Of a DNA stretch of 64,000 nt, positions 34,924 through 44,724 are shown piece by piece. The DNA comes from Actinomycetota bacterium (lineage in GTDB: Bacteria; Actinomycetota; Actinomycetes; S36-B12): positions 35 through 64,034 of the forward strand of contig JAUSNB010000015.1 in assembly GCA_030645615.1 (NCBI GenBank), in the 5' to 3' direction. Position 1 is the stretch's first letter. Each line of letters starts with the position of its first letter. Position numbers and translations under genes: made by a program. A model generated the notes under the pieces. The model had not been told where the DNA came from. It did not search any database and saw only the letters and a list, made by a program, of their open reading frames with translations.

Positions 34924-35954
34924 AAGAGGCCGACCTCCGCGAGCAGGTCGAGCGTGCCGGGAAGGTCGGCGAGGTCCGCGAGCGCGACGTCCGGCCCACT
35001 GAGACTCTCGAGCGCCGGCAGCCCGTCGGCCGTGGCCACGGCGGGCACGAGCGGGTACTCGAAGGTGTTCTCGACGAACCACTGCTGGACTTCGGGAGTG
35101 AGCAGCCAGGCGACGAACTCGGCCGCGTGCGGGTTGCCTGCCGCCGGCCCCGTCACGCCGACGCCGGCGACGTTGACGAGCGAGCCCGGGTCGCCCGGCG
35201 CGGTGAAGGCGATCTTCGCTCGCATGGCGTCCGCGCCCACCTCCGCGGCCTTCTCGTACCAGTAGTAGTGGTTCACAAGGCCGAGCTGCACCTGCCCGGC
35301 ATCGACCGCGTCGAGGATGAGCCCGTTCTTCTCGTAGGTCTGCACGTCGTTTGCGACCAGGCCCTCGAGCCACGACTTGGTCGCCTCGTCGCCCTCGGTC
35401 CTGCGCATCGCGGTGACGAACGACTGGAAGGAGGCGTTGGTCGGAGCGATGGCCACCTGGCCGTTCCAACGCGGATCCGTGAGGCCGAGCACCGTGGTCG
35501 GCACCTCGTCCGGTGCCACCTGCTCGGGGTCGTAGGCGATCACCCGCGCCCGGCCCGTCACGCCGGTCCACGTGCCATCGGTCGACTGGTACTGCGCGGG
35601 CACCGCTGCGGCGGTCCCCTCGGGCAGCGGGGCCAGCAGGCCCTCGGCCGCGACGGCACCCAGGGCGCCGGCGTCCTGCGAGAAGTAGACCTGCGCCGGG
35701 GTCCCGTCGCCCTCCTCGATCAGCTGGGCCGCGAGCTCCGCGCTGTCGCCGTACCGCGCCGAGACCGGGATGCCGGTCTCCTCGGTGAACCGTGTGAACA
35801 GCGGGCCGACCAGCTCCTCGCTCCGGCCGGAGTAGACGACGAGCGGCTCGCCGTCGGCCGGCGTGGACGCGGTCGAGCCGGACGAGCACGCGGCGACGAC
35901 GAGGGTGGACAGCAGGGCGGCCAGGAGGCCGAGCTTGCGGGTCGAACCGAGCAC
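34920..35954 (-). CDS. Fe(III) ABC transporter substrate-binding lipoprotein (FbpA/AfuA-like)
   Basis: Lipobox LVVAAC; VVYSGRSEELV...FSQDAGAL...VNHYYWY is typical of iron(III)-binding SBPs. GAAGGGA RBS. Confidence 0.85.
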   Translation of the reverse strand: MLGSTRKLGLLAALLSTLVVAACSSGSTASTPADGEPLVVYSGRSEELVGPLFTRFTEETGIPVSARYGDSAELAAQLIEEGDGTPAQVYFSQDAGALGAVAAEGLLAPLPEGTAAAVPAQYQSTDGTWTGVTGRARVIAYDPEQVAPDEVPTTVLGLTDPRWNGQVAIAPTNASFQSFVTAMRRTEGDEATKSWLEGLVANDVQTYEKNGLILDAVDAGQVQLGLVNHYYWYEKAAEVGADAMRAKIAFTAPGDPGSLVNVAGVGVTGPAAGNPHAAEFVAWLLTPEVQQWFVENTFEYPLVPAVATADGLPALESLSGPDVALADLADLPGTLDLLAEVGLL

Positions 35955-35976
35955 GATGGTTCCCTTCAGGAATGAG

Positions 35977-35995
35977 TCAGGTAAGGCTTACCTTA
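35977..35995. promoter_or_regulatory. IdeR/DtxR-type iron box
   Basis: TCAGGTAAGGCTTACCTTA versus the consensus TWAGGTWAGSCTWACCTWA: 18/19 by my count. Centred about 32 nt upstream of the SBP start codon. Confidence 0.6.
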
Positions 35996-36306
35996 CCCAC
36001 ACCTGCGTCGCTCTCGAAAAGGGGGAGCCAGCCGGACAGGTCGGACCTCGCGCCGCTGGCCCGGACCCGGCCCGACCGCACCGCGTCGGCCCAGTCCAGC
36101 TCACCGTGCGCGAGCGCGAGCCAGGTGAGCGCGTCCATCTCGACGACCGCGGCGGGGGTGCCCCGGCGGTGGTTGGGTCCGGGGATCGCCTGGACGGCAG
36201 CGTACGGCGGGATCCGTACCTCGACCGCGCGGCCCGGGGCGACCTCCTGCAGCCGGGCGAGGGCGGCCTTGACGGCCGCGCGCAGATCGGGGTCCGGGGA
36301 GCTCAC
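35977..36306 (-). CDS. sterol carrier family protein
   Basis: [19 protein letters not shown]...[73 protein letters not shown] overlap with the purL stop. Confidence 0.65.
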   Translation of the reverse strand: MSSPDPDLRAAVKAALARLQEVAPGRAVEVRIPPYAAVQAIPGPNHRRGTPAAVVEMDALTWLALAHGELDWADAVRSGRVRASGARSDLSGWLPLFESDAGVGKVSLT

Positions 36307-38588
36307 GCGGACAGTGCTGCCGGAATGGTCCCCTCGTGGGCCTGGCGCAACTCGTCGAGGGACACCGTGAACAGGTCGCCGACCTGGAGCACCTGCGTGC
36401 CCGGGGCGAAGCCGGCGTCGGCGCCGAGCCCGGAGTCGACGACCCCGACCCGGTGGGCCGGCAGTCCCCGGGCCTGGCACATCTCGGTGAAGCGGAGCTC
36501 CTCAGAGCGGGCCACGACGACGACCGCGCGGCTGGCGGACTCGCTGAACAGGAAGCTGAACGGGGTCAGCCCGTCGGGGACCCAGCAGCGCGCGCCGACG
36601 CCCGCGCGCAACGCCATCTCGACGACCGTCTGCGCCACGCCGCCATCGGACACGTCATGTGCCGCGGTCAGCATCCCGTCGCGGGAGCCCGCGACCAGCA
36701 CCTCGGCCAGCAGCCGCTCCCGGGCCAGGTCGAGCGCCGGCGGACGGCCACCGAGGTGGCCGTGCACGTGGTGCGCCCACTCGCTGCCGGCGAACTCGTC
36801 GCGCGTGTCGCCCAGTACGTAGATGAGCTCGCCGTCGGGTCCCCACGCCATGGGCGTGCGGCGATCCACGTCATCGATGACCCCGAGGACGCCCACGACC
36901 GGTGTCGGCAGGATGGCGTTGCCGCCCGTCTGGTTGTAGAAGGAGACGTTGCCGCCGGTGACCGGGATGCCCAGCTCGAGGCAGCCGTCGGCCAGTCCGC
37001 GGGTAGCCTCGGCGAACTGCCACATCACCGACGGGTCCTCGGGCGAGCCGAAGTTCAGGCAGTTGGTGACGGCCAGGGGCACGGCCCCGGTGGCCGCCAC
37101 GTTGCGGTAGCTCTCGGCCAGCGCCAGCCGGGCGCCCTCGTACGGGTCGAGCTTCGCGAAACGCCCGTTGCAGTCGGTGGACACGGCCACCCCGCGACCG
37201 GTCACCTCGTCGATGCGCACCATGCCCGAGTCCTCCGGCTGCGCGAGGACGGTGTTGCCGAGCACGTAGCGGTCGTACTGGGAGGTGACCCACGACTTCG
37301 ATGCCAGGTTGGGGGCGGCGACCATGGCCAGCAACGTCGCGCGCAGGTCGGCGGGCGACGTGGGCCGTGGCAGGTCGTCGGGTCCGTCGGCCTGCAGCGC
37401 GTCCTGCCAGTCCGGGCGAGCGTAGGGCCGTTCGTACACAGGGCCTTCATGGGCGACGGTGCGGGGCGGCACGTCGACGATGCGTTCCCCGTGCCAGTCG
37501 ACGGTGAGCCGGCCGGATGCGTTGACCTCGCCCATGACGACCGCCTCGACGTCCCACTTGCGGCACAGCACCAGGAACGCGTCGAGATTCGCCGGCGTGA
37601 CGATCGCGCACATGCGTTCCTGCGACTCGCTCATGAGGATCTCCTCGGGCGACAGGGACGCATCGCGCAAGGGAACGCGGTCGAGCCACACGTGCATGCC
37701 ACCCTCGCCGTTCGACGCCAGCTCGCTCGTGGCGCACGAGATGCCCGCCCCGCCGAGGTCCTGGATGCCCTCGACGAGCCCGGCCTGCAGGACCTCCAGA
37801 GTGGCCTCGATGAGCAGCTTCTCCATGAACGGGTCGCCGACCTGGACGCTCGGTCGCTTGGTGGGGCCGCCCTCACTGAAGGTCTCGGACGCCAGCACCG
37901 ACACGCCGCCGATGCCATCGCCTCCGGTGCGCGCGCCGTAGAGCACGACGAGGTTGCCGACTCCCTTGGCACTGGCGAGGTGGATGTCCTCGTGCCGCAT
38001 GGCACCGATGCACAGGGCGTTGACGAGCGGGTTGCCGAGGTAGCTCTCGTCGAAGACCACCTCCCCGCCGATGTTCGGCAGGCCCAGGCAGTTGCCGTAC
38101 CCGCCGATGCCGGCGACCACACCGGGCAGCACGCGCCGGGTGTCGGCGGCGTCGAGTGGCCCGAACCGCAACGGATCCATGACCGCCACCGGCCGTGCGC
38201 CCATCGACAGGATGTCGCGCACGATCCCGCCGACACCGGTGGCCGCCCCTTGGTAGGGCTCCACGTACGACGGGTGGTTGTGGCTCTCGACCTTGAAGGT
38301 GACCGCCCAGCCATCGCCGATGTCGACGACCCCTGCGTTCTCGCCGATGCCCACGAGCAGGACGTCGGTCTCGGGCTTCTTGTCCCCGAACTGGCGCAGG
38401 TGGACCTTGCTGGACTTGTAGGAGCAGTGCTCGCTCCACATGACCGAGTACATCGCCAGCTCGGCGCTCGTGGGGCGGCGGTCGAGGATCTCACGGATCC
38501 GCTCATACTCGTCCGGCTTGAGCCCCAGCTCGGAAAAGGGCTGCGTCTGCTCGGGTGACCCCTGCGCGTGCGCGACGGTGTCGGTCAT
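36303..38588 (-). CDS. purL: phosphoribosylformylglycinamidine synthase subunit PurL
   Basis: 761 aa. [29 protein letters not shown] and [11 protein letters not shown]. Confidence 0.95.
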   Translation of the reverse strand: MTDTVAHAQGSPEQTQPFSELGLKPDEYERIREILDRRPTSAELAMYSVMWSEHCSYKSSKVHLRQFGDKKPETDVLLVGIGENAGVVDIGDGWAVTFKVESHNHPSYVEPYQGAATGVGGIVRDILSMGARPVAVMDPLRFGPLDAADTRRVLPGVVAGIGGYGNCLGLPNIGGEVVFDESYLGNPLVNALCIGAMRHEDIHLASAKGVGNLVVLYGARTGGDGIGGVSVLASETFSEGGPTKRPSVQVGDPFMEKLLIEATLEVLQAGLVEGIQDLGGAGISCATSELASNGEGGMHVWLDRVPLRDASLSPEEILMSESQERMCAIVTPANLDAFLVLCRKWDVEAVVMGEVNASGRLTVDWHGERIVDVPPRTVAHEGPVYERPYARPDWQDALQADGPDDLPRPTSPADLRATLLAMVAAPNLASKSWVTSQYDRYVLGNTVLAQPEDSGMVRIDEVTGRGVAVSTDCNGRFAKLDPYEGARLALAESYRNVAATGAVPLAVTNCLNFGSPEDPSVMWQFAEATRGLADGCLELGIPVTGGNVSFYNQTGGNAILPTPVVGVLGVIDDVDRRTPMAWGPDGELIYVLGDTRDEFAGSEWAHHVHGHLGGRPPALDLARERLLAEVLVAGSRDGMLTAAHDVSDGGVAQTVVEMALRAGVGARCWVPDGLTPFSFLFSESASRAVVVVARSEELRFTEMCQARGLPAHRVGVVDSGLGADAGFAPGTQVLQVGDLFTVSLDELRQAHEGTIPAALSA

Positions 38589-39262
38589 GCGGCCCCGACC
38601 AGGCTCCGCAGGATGCTGGTGAAGAACGGCAGGCCATCGGCGGACGGGCCGGTCAGCAGCTCGACGGCGTGCTCGGGGTGCGGCATGAGCCCCACGACGT
38701 TGCCCCGCTCATTGCGGATGCCCGCGATGTCGCGACGGCTGCCGTTGGGGTTGACCTCGAGGTAGCGGGCCACCACCCGCCCCTCGCCCTCGAGGGCGTC
38801 CAGGGTCGACTCGTCGGCGACGAAGCCGCCCTCTCCGTTCTTCAGCGGGATGACGATCTCGTCGCCGACCTGGTAGTCGGCGGTCCACGCGGAGTCGGTG
38901 CTCTCGATGCGCAGCCGCTGGTCCCGGCAGATGAAATGCAGGCTGTCGTTGCGGGTCAGGGCACCGGGCAGCAGGTGGGTCTCGCAGAGGATCTGGAAGC
39001 CGTTGCAGATCCCCAGCACCGGCAGTCCGCCGCGGGCCGCGTCGACGAGGGTCGACATGACCGGCGCGAAACGGGCGATGGCGCCGCAGCGGAGGTAGTC
39101 CCCGTAGGAGAACCCGCCCGGCAGGACCACGGCATCGACCCCGTGCAGGTCGTCGTCGCCGTGCCACAGGGCGACCGGCTCGCCACCCGCGAGGCGCACC
39201 GCGCGCGCGGCGTCGCGGTCGTCAAGCGAGCCAGGGAACGTGACGACGCCGATGCGCGTCAC
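38585..39262 (-). CDS. purQ: phosphoribosylformylglycinamidine synthase glutaminase subunit PurQ
   Basis: [21 protein letters not shown] (catalytic Cys) and MPHPEH. Confidence 0.95.
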   Translation of the reverse strand: MTRIGVVTFPGSLDDRDAARAVRLAGGEPVALWHGDDDLHGVDAVVLPGGFSYGDYLRCGAIARFAPVMSTLVDAARGGLPVLGICNGFQILCETHLLPGALTRNDSLHFICRDQRLRIESTDSAWTADYQVGDEIVIPLKNGEGGFVADESTLDALEGEGRVVARYLEVNPNGSRRDIAGIRNERGNVVGLMPHPEHAVELLTGPSADGLPFFTSILRSLVGAA

Positions 39263-39522
39263 GAGGCCTCCTCGCCGTCGGCGAGCACGCGCATCTCGTA
39301 GCTCTCGATGACGGGGTTGCTGAGCAGTTCGTCGGCCAGCCGGTGCATCAGGTCGTGGCGCTCGCCCTCGAGGTCCCCGTCGATGTCGATGACGAAGTGC
39401 TTGCCCTGGCGCACGTCAGTGACCCCGTCGAGGCCCAGGCGCCCGAGGGCACCCTGGACGGCCCGGCCCTGGGGGTCGAGGATCTCCGGCTTCAGCATGA
39501 CGTCGACGACGACGCGGGCCAC
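39259..39522 (-). CDS. purS: phosphoribosylformylglycinamidine synthase subunit PurS
   Basis: [30 protein letters not shown]...; 87 aa. AGGAGG RBS before the GTG at 39522. Confidence 0.9.
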   Translation of the reverse strand: MARVVVDVMLKPEILDPQGRAVQGALGRLGLDGVTDVRQGKHFVIDIDGDLEGERHDLMHRLADELLSNPVIESYEMRVLADGEEAS

Positions 39523-39607
39523 GGGCCCTCCTGTTTCGTGGGCGGGGTGCGGGTGGGTCGGCCGGGGAAGTGCGCCCAGCCTATCGCTGGCAGGTACGGT
39601 CCCCACC

Positions 39608-40090
39608 GTGGGCGGACGCTGGTACGACGTGTTCTGGGGCACCACCCTGCGCACGACCACCCGGGTGCACCGGCTCCTCGACAAGGCGAGTCGGGGCCGG
39701 CTCGGGCGCCACTTCCCCGGCGGGCAGCAGGTCGTGTGGATCACCACGCTCGGCCGCAAGTCCGGGGAGTGGCGACGCACGCCGCTGCTCGCCGTCCGCG
39801 AGGACGGCGACCCAGGCAAGCCGTGGCTGGTGACCGGCTCGAACGCCGGCCAGGCCACGGTGCCGGGCTGGGTGTTCAACGCCCGGGCCCATGAGGCAGG
39901 CACGGTCGAGGTCGCCGGAGTCACGCAGGCGGCCCGCTTCGCCGAGGCCGAGGGAGCCGAACGCGACCGCCTCTACGCGCAGCTCGTGCGCATGTGGTCG
40001 TCGTACGCCATGTACGAGCGCCACGCGGGACGCCCTATCCCGGTCTTCCGGGTGATCCCCGTGGATAGCATCTCGGGGGAGGCACGGTGA
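39608..40090 (+). CDS. nitroreductase-family deazaflavin (F420)-dependent oxidoreductase (Ddn-like)
   Basis: ITTLGRKSGEWRRTPLLAV...GSNAGQATVPGWVFNARA...ERDRLYAQL...RPIPVFRV. Confidence 0.8.
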   Translation: MGGRWYDVFWGTTLRTTTRVHRLLDKASRGRLGRHFPGGQQVVWITTLGRKSGEWRRTPLLAVREDGDPGKPWLVTGSNAGQATVPGWVFNARAHEAGTVEVAGVTQAARFAEAEGAERDRLYAQLVRMWSSYAMYERHAGRPIPVFRVIPVDSISGEAR

Positions 40091-41043
40091 AGGTTCTGGT
40101 CACGGGCGGAGCGGGCTTCATCGGCTCTGCGCTCGTCCGCAAGCTGCTGGCCGACGACCACGATGTCGTCATCCTCGACGACCTCTCGACCGGCTTCGAG
40201 GAGAACCTCCGCGGCGTCGACGTTCCCATCATCCATGGCTCGGTTACCGACTCCGAGAGCGTGAGCCGAGCCGCATCGGGGTGCCGCGCCATCGTCCACC
40301 TTGCGGCCGTCGGCTCCGTCCCCCAGTCGATCATCGATCCGATCGGGATCTTCGACATCAACGTACGGGGGTCCCTCGAGGTGTTCGAGTACGCGCGCCG
40401 CGAGGGAGCGCACGTCATCTTCTCCTCGTCCGCTTCCGTGTTCGGAACGAATCCCGAGAACCCGAAGACGTCGCGCTCGTGGACGCGGCCGATGTCGCCC
40501 TACGGTTCGAGCAAGCTCGCGGCCGAGTCCTACCTGCTGTCGTACGCCGCGTGCTTCGGCTTCCCCGCGCTGGCCTTCCGGTTCTTCAACGTCTACGGTC
40601 CGCGCCAGCGTCCCGACCACCCCTACGCGGCCGCGATTCCGCGCTTCATGGGCCAGGCACTGCTCGACCTCCCGGTGACCATCGATGGCGATGGCCTCCA
40701 GGATCGAGACTTCGTGTCCGTGGGGCTGGTCTCGTCCGTCATCGCCGAAGCGGTCCGGAGGACAGTGTCGAGCGATGTGCCCGTCAACATGTCGACGGGG
40801 AAGCAGACGGCCATCATCGACGTGGCCAAGGACATCATCCGCCTGAGCGACTCCACCTCGACCCTGGAGATGCGGCCGGCGCGCGATGCCGACATCCGGT
40901 TCTCACAAGGCAGTCCCGACGACCTCATGACGCTGTTCCCGAACGCTGTCGACGTGTCACTCGTCGACGGGCTCGTCGAGACGATGCACTGGATGAGGAC
41001 CCTCGCCGAAGCGGGCGACCTCTCGCCCGCCACGCTCAGCTGA
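40087..41043 (+). CDS. NAD-dependent epimerase/dehydratase (GalE-like)
   Basis: VTGGAGFIGS; catalytic YGSSK. GTGA overlap with the upstream gene. Confidence 0.85.
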   Translation: MKVLVTGGAGFIGSALVRKLLADDHDVVILDDLSTGFEENLRGVDVPIIHGSVTDSESVSRAASGCRAIVHLAAVGSVPQSIIDPIGIFDINVRGSLEVFEYARREGAHVIFSSSASVFGTNPENPKTSRSWTRPMSPYGSSKLAAESYLLSYAACFGFPALAFRFFNVYGPRQRPDHPYAAAIPRFMGQALLDLPVTIDGDGLQDRDFVSVGLVSSVIAEAVRRTVSSDVPVNMSTGKQTAIIDVAKDIIRLSDSTSTLEMRPARDADIRFSQGSPDDLMTLFPNAVDVSLVDGLVETMHWMRTLAEAGDLSPATLS

Positions 41044-41941
41044 ACGCCTGGCCCGTGATCCGTTCGTAGGCCTCGACGTACTTGGCCCTGGTGCGCTCGA
41101 CCACGTCGTCCGGCAACGGTGGGGGCGGGGTGCCGTCCGCGCGGTCCCAGCCCGACTCGGGCGACGTGAGCCAGTCACGGACGAACTGCTTGTCGAAGGA
41201 GGGCTGCGGGCCGCCGGGCTGCCACGTCGCCCTGTCCCAGAAGCGCGAGGAGTCGGGAGTGAGCACCTCGTCGGCGAGGACCACGCGGCCGGAGTACTTG
41301 CCCCCGCGGGCGATGCCGAACTCGAGCTTCGTGTCGGCGAGGATGAGCCCGCGGGTGCGGGCGACCTCGGCCGCGGTCTCGTAGACCGCGAGCGTCAGCC
41401 GCTTGAGCTCCTGGGCCTCCTCCTGGCCGATGACGGTGATCACCTCGTCGTACGTGATGTTCTCGTCATGCTCGCCGACCGCGGCCTTCATCGCCGGCGT
41501 GAAGATGGGCTTGGGCAGCTCGGATCCGTCCTTGAGCCCGGGTGGCAGCCCGACCCCGCAGATCGAGCGGCGCTGCCCGTACTCGGCGAGGGCAGATCCG
41601 GCCAGGTATCCGCGCGCCACGCACTCGATCGGCAGCATCTCCAGCGGCTCGCAGATCATGGCGCGGCCGCGCACGGCGGCGGGAACCGAGCCCGTCGACA
41701 GGTGGTTGGGCGCGACGCCCTGCAACCGGTCGAACCACCACAACGACAGCGCCGTCAGGATCCGGCCCTTGTCGGGAATGGTGCTGGGGAGCACCCAGTC
41801 GTAGGCGGAGATGCGGTCGCTGGCCACGAAGAGCAGCCGGCCCTCGGGGGTGCGGTAGAGGTCGCGCACCTTGCCCGAGTAGACGTGCGCGTACCCGTCG
41901 GGCAGGCCGTAGTCCGGGACGGCGGCATCGGACGTGGTCAC
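41036..41941 (-). CDS. purC: phosphoribosylaminoimidazole-succinocarboxamide synthase
   Basis: YSGKVRDLY, ASDRISAYD, LADTKLEFG and DKQFVRDW. GTGA overlap with the purB stop. Confidence 0.95.
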   Translation of the reverse strand: MTTSDAAVPDYGLPDGYAHVYSGKVRDLYRTPEGRLLFVASDRISAYDWVLPSTIPDKGRILTALSLWWFDRLQGVAPNHLSTGSVPAAVRGRAMICEPLEMLPIECVARGYLAGSALAEYGQRRSICGVGLPPGLKDGSELPKPIFTPAMKAAVGEHDENITYDEVITVIGQEEAQELKRLTLAVYETAAEVARTRGLILADTKLEFGIARGGKYSGRVVLADEVLTPDSSRFWDRATWQPGGPQPSFDKQFVRDWLTSPESGWDRADGTPPPPLPDDVVERTRAKYVEAYERITGQAFS

Positions 41942-43371
41942 AGGATGTCTCCCGGTCGGTACGACGCGGCATCGGGAAGCCGGTCGACGATGTCGGCCAC
42001 CTTGTCGGCCACCTGGCGGACCTGGTCGGCGGCGGCCCCGGTGAAGGCGAGCGGCTCGGCCACCAGCCCGTCGAGGTCGGCGCGGGACAGCCCGAGGCGG
42101 GGGTCGGCCGCCAGTCGGTCGAGGAGGTCGTTGTCGGCCTGGCCCTCTTCCCGCATGGCCAGGGCGACCGCCACGGCGTGCTCCTTGATCGCCTCGTGCG
42201 CGGTCTCGCGGCCCACGCCGGCACGCACCGCGGCCATCAGCACCTTGGTCGTCGACAGGAACGGCAGGTAGCGATCCAGTTCCCGGTCGATCACCGCCGG
42301 GAAGGCACCGAAGTCGTCGAGAACGGTCAGGAAGGTCTCGAACAGTCCGTCGATCGCGAAGAACGCGTCGGGCAGTGCCACGCGCCGCACGACCGAGCAC
42401 GAGACATCGCCCTCGTTCCACTGGTTCCCGGCCAGGTCGGCCACCATGACCTGGTACCCGCGCAGCAGCACCGCGAAGCCGTTCACCCGCTCGCAGGAGC
42501 GCGAGTTCATCTTGTGCGGCATGGCCGACGAACCGACCTGCCCGGGCCGGAAGCCCTCGGTGACCAGGTCGTGCCCGGCCATGAGCCGGATGGTCGTGGC
42601 CAGGCTCGACGGAGCGGCCGAGACCTGGACAAGGGCGGACACGACGTCGTGGTCAAGCGACCGGGGATACACCTGCCCCACGCTCGTGAGCACCGACGAG
42701 AAGCCGAGGTGCCCGGCCACGGCAGCCTCCAGCTGCCCCAGTTTCTCTGCGTCGCCGTCGAGCAGGTCGAGCATGTCCTGGGCGGTGCCCACCGGGCCCT
42801 TGATGCCGCGCAGCGGGTAACGGTCGATGAGGTCCTCGAGGCGCGCGAAGGACACCAGCAGTTCGTCGGCAGCGGAGGCGAACCGCTTGCCCAGCGTGGT
42901 GGTCTGCGCCGGCACGTTGTGGCTGCGGCCGGTGAGGGCGGTGTCGGAGTAGGCGACGGCGAGGGCGGCCAGCCGGTCGAGGGCCGCCACGCAGCGATCA
43001 CGGACGATCACCAGCGCCTCGCGGACCTGGACCTGCTCGACGTTCTCGGTGAGGTCGCGCGACGTCATGCCGACATGAACGTGCTCGTGCCCGGCGAGGG
43101 CGTTGAACTCCTCGATCCGGGCCTTCACGTCGTGCTTGGTGACCCGCTCGCGCTCGGCGATCGAGGCGAGGTCGACGTTGTCGACGACCGCGCGGTAGTC
43201 GTCGATCGCCTGCGGCGGGATGGCCACGCCGAGCGCCGCCTGGGCCTGGGCAACGGCCAGCCAGAGCCTGCGCTCCATGACGATCTTGGCCTCGGGCGAC
43301 CACACCGCCCGCATGTCCGATGAGGCGTATCGGCCGGCCAGCACGTTGGGGATCGGGGCGGCCTGCGTCAC
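41938..43371 (-). CDS. purB: adenylosuccinate lyase
   Basis: NVLAGRYAS, GMTSRDLTENV, and signature GSSAMPHKMNSRSCE. GTG start 4 nt after the purD stop. Confidence 0.95.
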   Translation of the reverse strand: MTQAAPIPNVLAGRYASSDMRAVWSPEAKIVMERRLWLAVAQAQAALGVAIPPQAIDDYRAVVDNVDLASIAERERVTKHDVKARIEEFNALAGHEHVHVGMTSRDLTENVEQVQVREALVIVRDRCVAALDRLAALAVAYSDTALTGRSHNVPAQTTTLGKRFASAADELLVSFARLEDLIDRYPLRGIKGPVGTAQDMLDLLDGDAEKLGQLEAAVAGHLGFSSVLTSVGQVYPRSLDHDVVSALVQVSAAPSSLATTIRLMAGHDLVTEGFRPGQVGSSAMPHKMNSRSCERVNGFAVLLRGYQVMVADLAGNQWNEGDVSCSVVRRVALPDAFFAIDGLFETFLTVLDDFGAFPAVIDRELDRYLPFLSTTKVLMAAVRAGVGRETAHEAIKEHAVAVALAMREEGQADNDLLDRLAADPRLGLSRADLDGLVAEPLAFTGAAADQVRQVADKVADIVDRLPDAASYRPGDIL

Positions 43372-43375
43372 TGCG

Positions 43376-44665
43376 TCATCCTCCCACGGCCGCGGAAGCC
43401 GCATCCTGCGCCGCTTTCTCGGCGATGTCCCTGCGGTGATGCGATCCGGCAAGCCGGATCAGGTCGACCGCTGCGTATGCGTGCTCGCGCGCCGAGGCGA
43501 GGGATTCCCCGTGCGCGGTCACCGAGAGCACCCGGCCCCCCGACGACGCCAGGACGCCGTCGTCGCGGACCGTGGTGCCGGCGTGGAAGATCTCCACTCC
43601 CGATACCGCGGCGGCCTCACGAAGCCCCTCGATGACGTCGCCCGTCCGGGGGTCGGCCGGGTAGCCAGCGGCGGCAACCACGACGGTGACCGCGTATCCC
43701 GACTGCCACGACAGCGCGGGCAGTCCGGCGAGGGTGCCGGTGGCCGACGCCATGAGCAGGCTGGCCAGTGGAGTGCGCAGATTGGCCAGGACCACCTGGG
43801 TCTCCGGGTCGCCGAACCGCGCGTTGAACTCGATGACGCGCACGCCCCGCGATGTCATGGCCAGCCCCGCGTAGAGCAGGCCGGAGAACGGCGTTCCGCG
43901 GCGGTTCATCGCATCGATCACGGGCTGGAGGACACGGCTGGTCACCTCGGCGACGAGACCGGGAGGCGCCCACGGCAGCGGCGCGTAGGCGCCCATTCCG
44001 CCGGTGTTGGGGCCTTCATCGCCCTCGGCCGCTCGCTTGAAGTCCTGGGCCGGTTGCAGCGGGACGACGGTGATGCCGTCGGTGATGCCGAAGAGGGACA
44101 CCTCGGGCCCGTCGAGGTACTCCTCGATGACGACCTGGGCGTCGTTGCCGTGCGACAGGCAGGCCCGCGCATGCGCCATCGCCTCGTCGCGATCCGACGT
44201 CACGACGACGCCCTTGCCCGCGGCGAGCCCATCGTCCTTGACGACGTACGGCGCGCCGAACTGGTCGAATGCCTCGGCGACCTCGTCGACGGACGTGCAC
44301 ACGTGGGCCATCGCGGTGGGGACGCCGGCCTCCGCCATGACCTGCTTGGCGAACGCCTTGCTGCCCTCAAGCTGGGCTGCGGCCTTCGACGGGCCGAAGC
44401 AGGGGATCCCGGCGGCGCGCACGGCGTCGGCCGCGCCAGCGACCAGCGGCACCTCCGGGCCGATGATGACGAGGTCGACTGCCTGCGACTGCGCGAGCGC
44501 CGCGACCGCGGCGGGGTCCGTGACGTCGAGAGGCATGGTGGGTACGTCCCGGGCGATCCCGGCGTTGCCGGGGGCAGCAAGAACAGCGGTCACCGCCGGG
44601 TCTGCCAGCAATGACGACACGATCGCATGCTCGCGAGCACCCGAGCCGACGACGAGCAACTTCAC
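43376..44665 (-). CDS. purD: phosphoribosylamine--glycine ligase
   Basis: MKLLVVGSGAREHA, VVKDDGLAAGKGV, and VIEFNARFGDPETQ. Confidence 0.95.
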   Translation of the reverse strand: MKLLVVGSGAREHAIVSSLLADPAVTAVLAAPGNAGIARDVPTMPLDVTDPAAVAALAQSQAVDLVIIGPEVPLVAGAADAVRAAGIPCFGPSKAAAQLEGSKAFAKQVMAEAGVPTAMAHVCTSVDEVAEAFDQFGAPYVVKDDGLAAGKGVVVTSDRDEAMAHARACLSHGNDAQVVIEEYLDGPEVSLFGITDGITVVPLQPAQDFKRAAEGDEGPNTGGMGAYAPLPWAPPGLVAEVTSRVLQPVIDAMNRRGTPFSGLLYAGLAMTSRGVRVIEFNARFGDPETQVVLANLRTPLASLLMASATGTLAGLPALSWQSGYAVTVVVAAAGYPADPRTGDVIEGLREAAAVSGVEIFHAGTTVRDDGVLASSGGRVLSVTAHGESLASAREHAYAAVDLIRLAGSHHRRDIAEKAAQDAASAAVGG

Positions 44666-44724
44666 GCGATCAGCCTAGTGTTCTGGCTGGGCGCCTCTCC
44701 GGGCGTCGTCGGGAGGGGGTCAGG

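Noticed and set aside
33328-35889. An 853-aa ORF as a single giant permease. Similar over-long ORFs are 45651..47906, 51843..54005, 18988..20055, 39259..39924 and 41036..42421.
   Set aside because: In each case the upstream part overlaps a well-supported gene in another frame and is compositionally junk. An internal GTG/ATG, often forming a GTGA/ATGA overlap with the preceding stop, gives a protein of the normal family length.
35941-35965. TCGAAC half-sites (here and near 54433 and 60575) as LexA SOS boxes.
   Set aside because: None has the partner GTTCGA 4 nt away that the actinobacterial TCGAAC-N4-GTTCGA consensus requires.
36336-38558. Very long antisense or off-frame ORFs. Examples: 36336..38558 (+, 740 aa), 6617..8674 (-, 685 aa), 27501..29639 (-, 712 aa), 33295..34905 (+, 536 aa), 1204..2619 (-, 471 aa), 21130..22665 (-, 511 aa).
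   Set aside because: Their translations are Arg/Gly/Pro/Ala-rich low-complexity strings with no motifs. They lie opposite, or out of frame with, genes that have unmistakable family signatures. This is the usual stop-codon-poor artefact of very GC-rich DNA.
40087-41043. The epimerase / Ddn-like pair as a horizontally acquired insert because it looked slightly less GC-rich.
   Set aside because: By codon-by-codon reading, only about 11% of the epimerase codons end in A/T. That is comparable to the neighbouring pur genes, so there is no compositional support.
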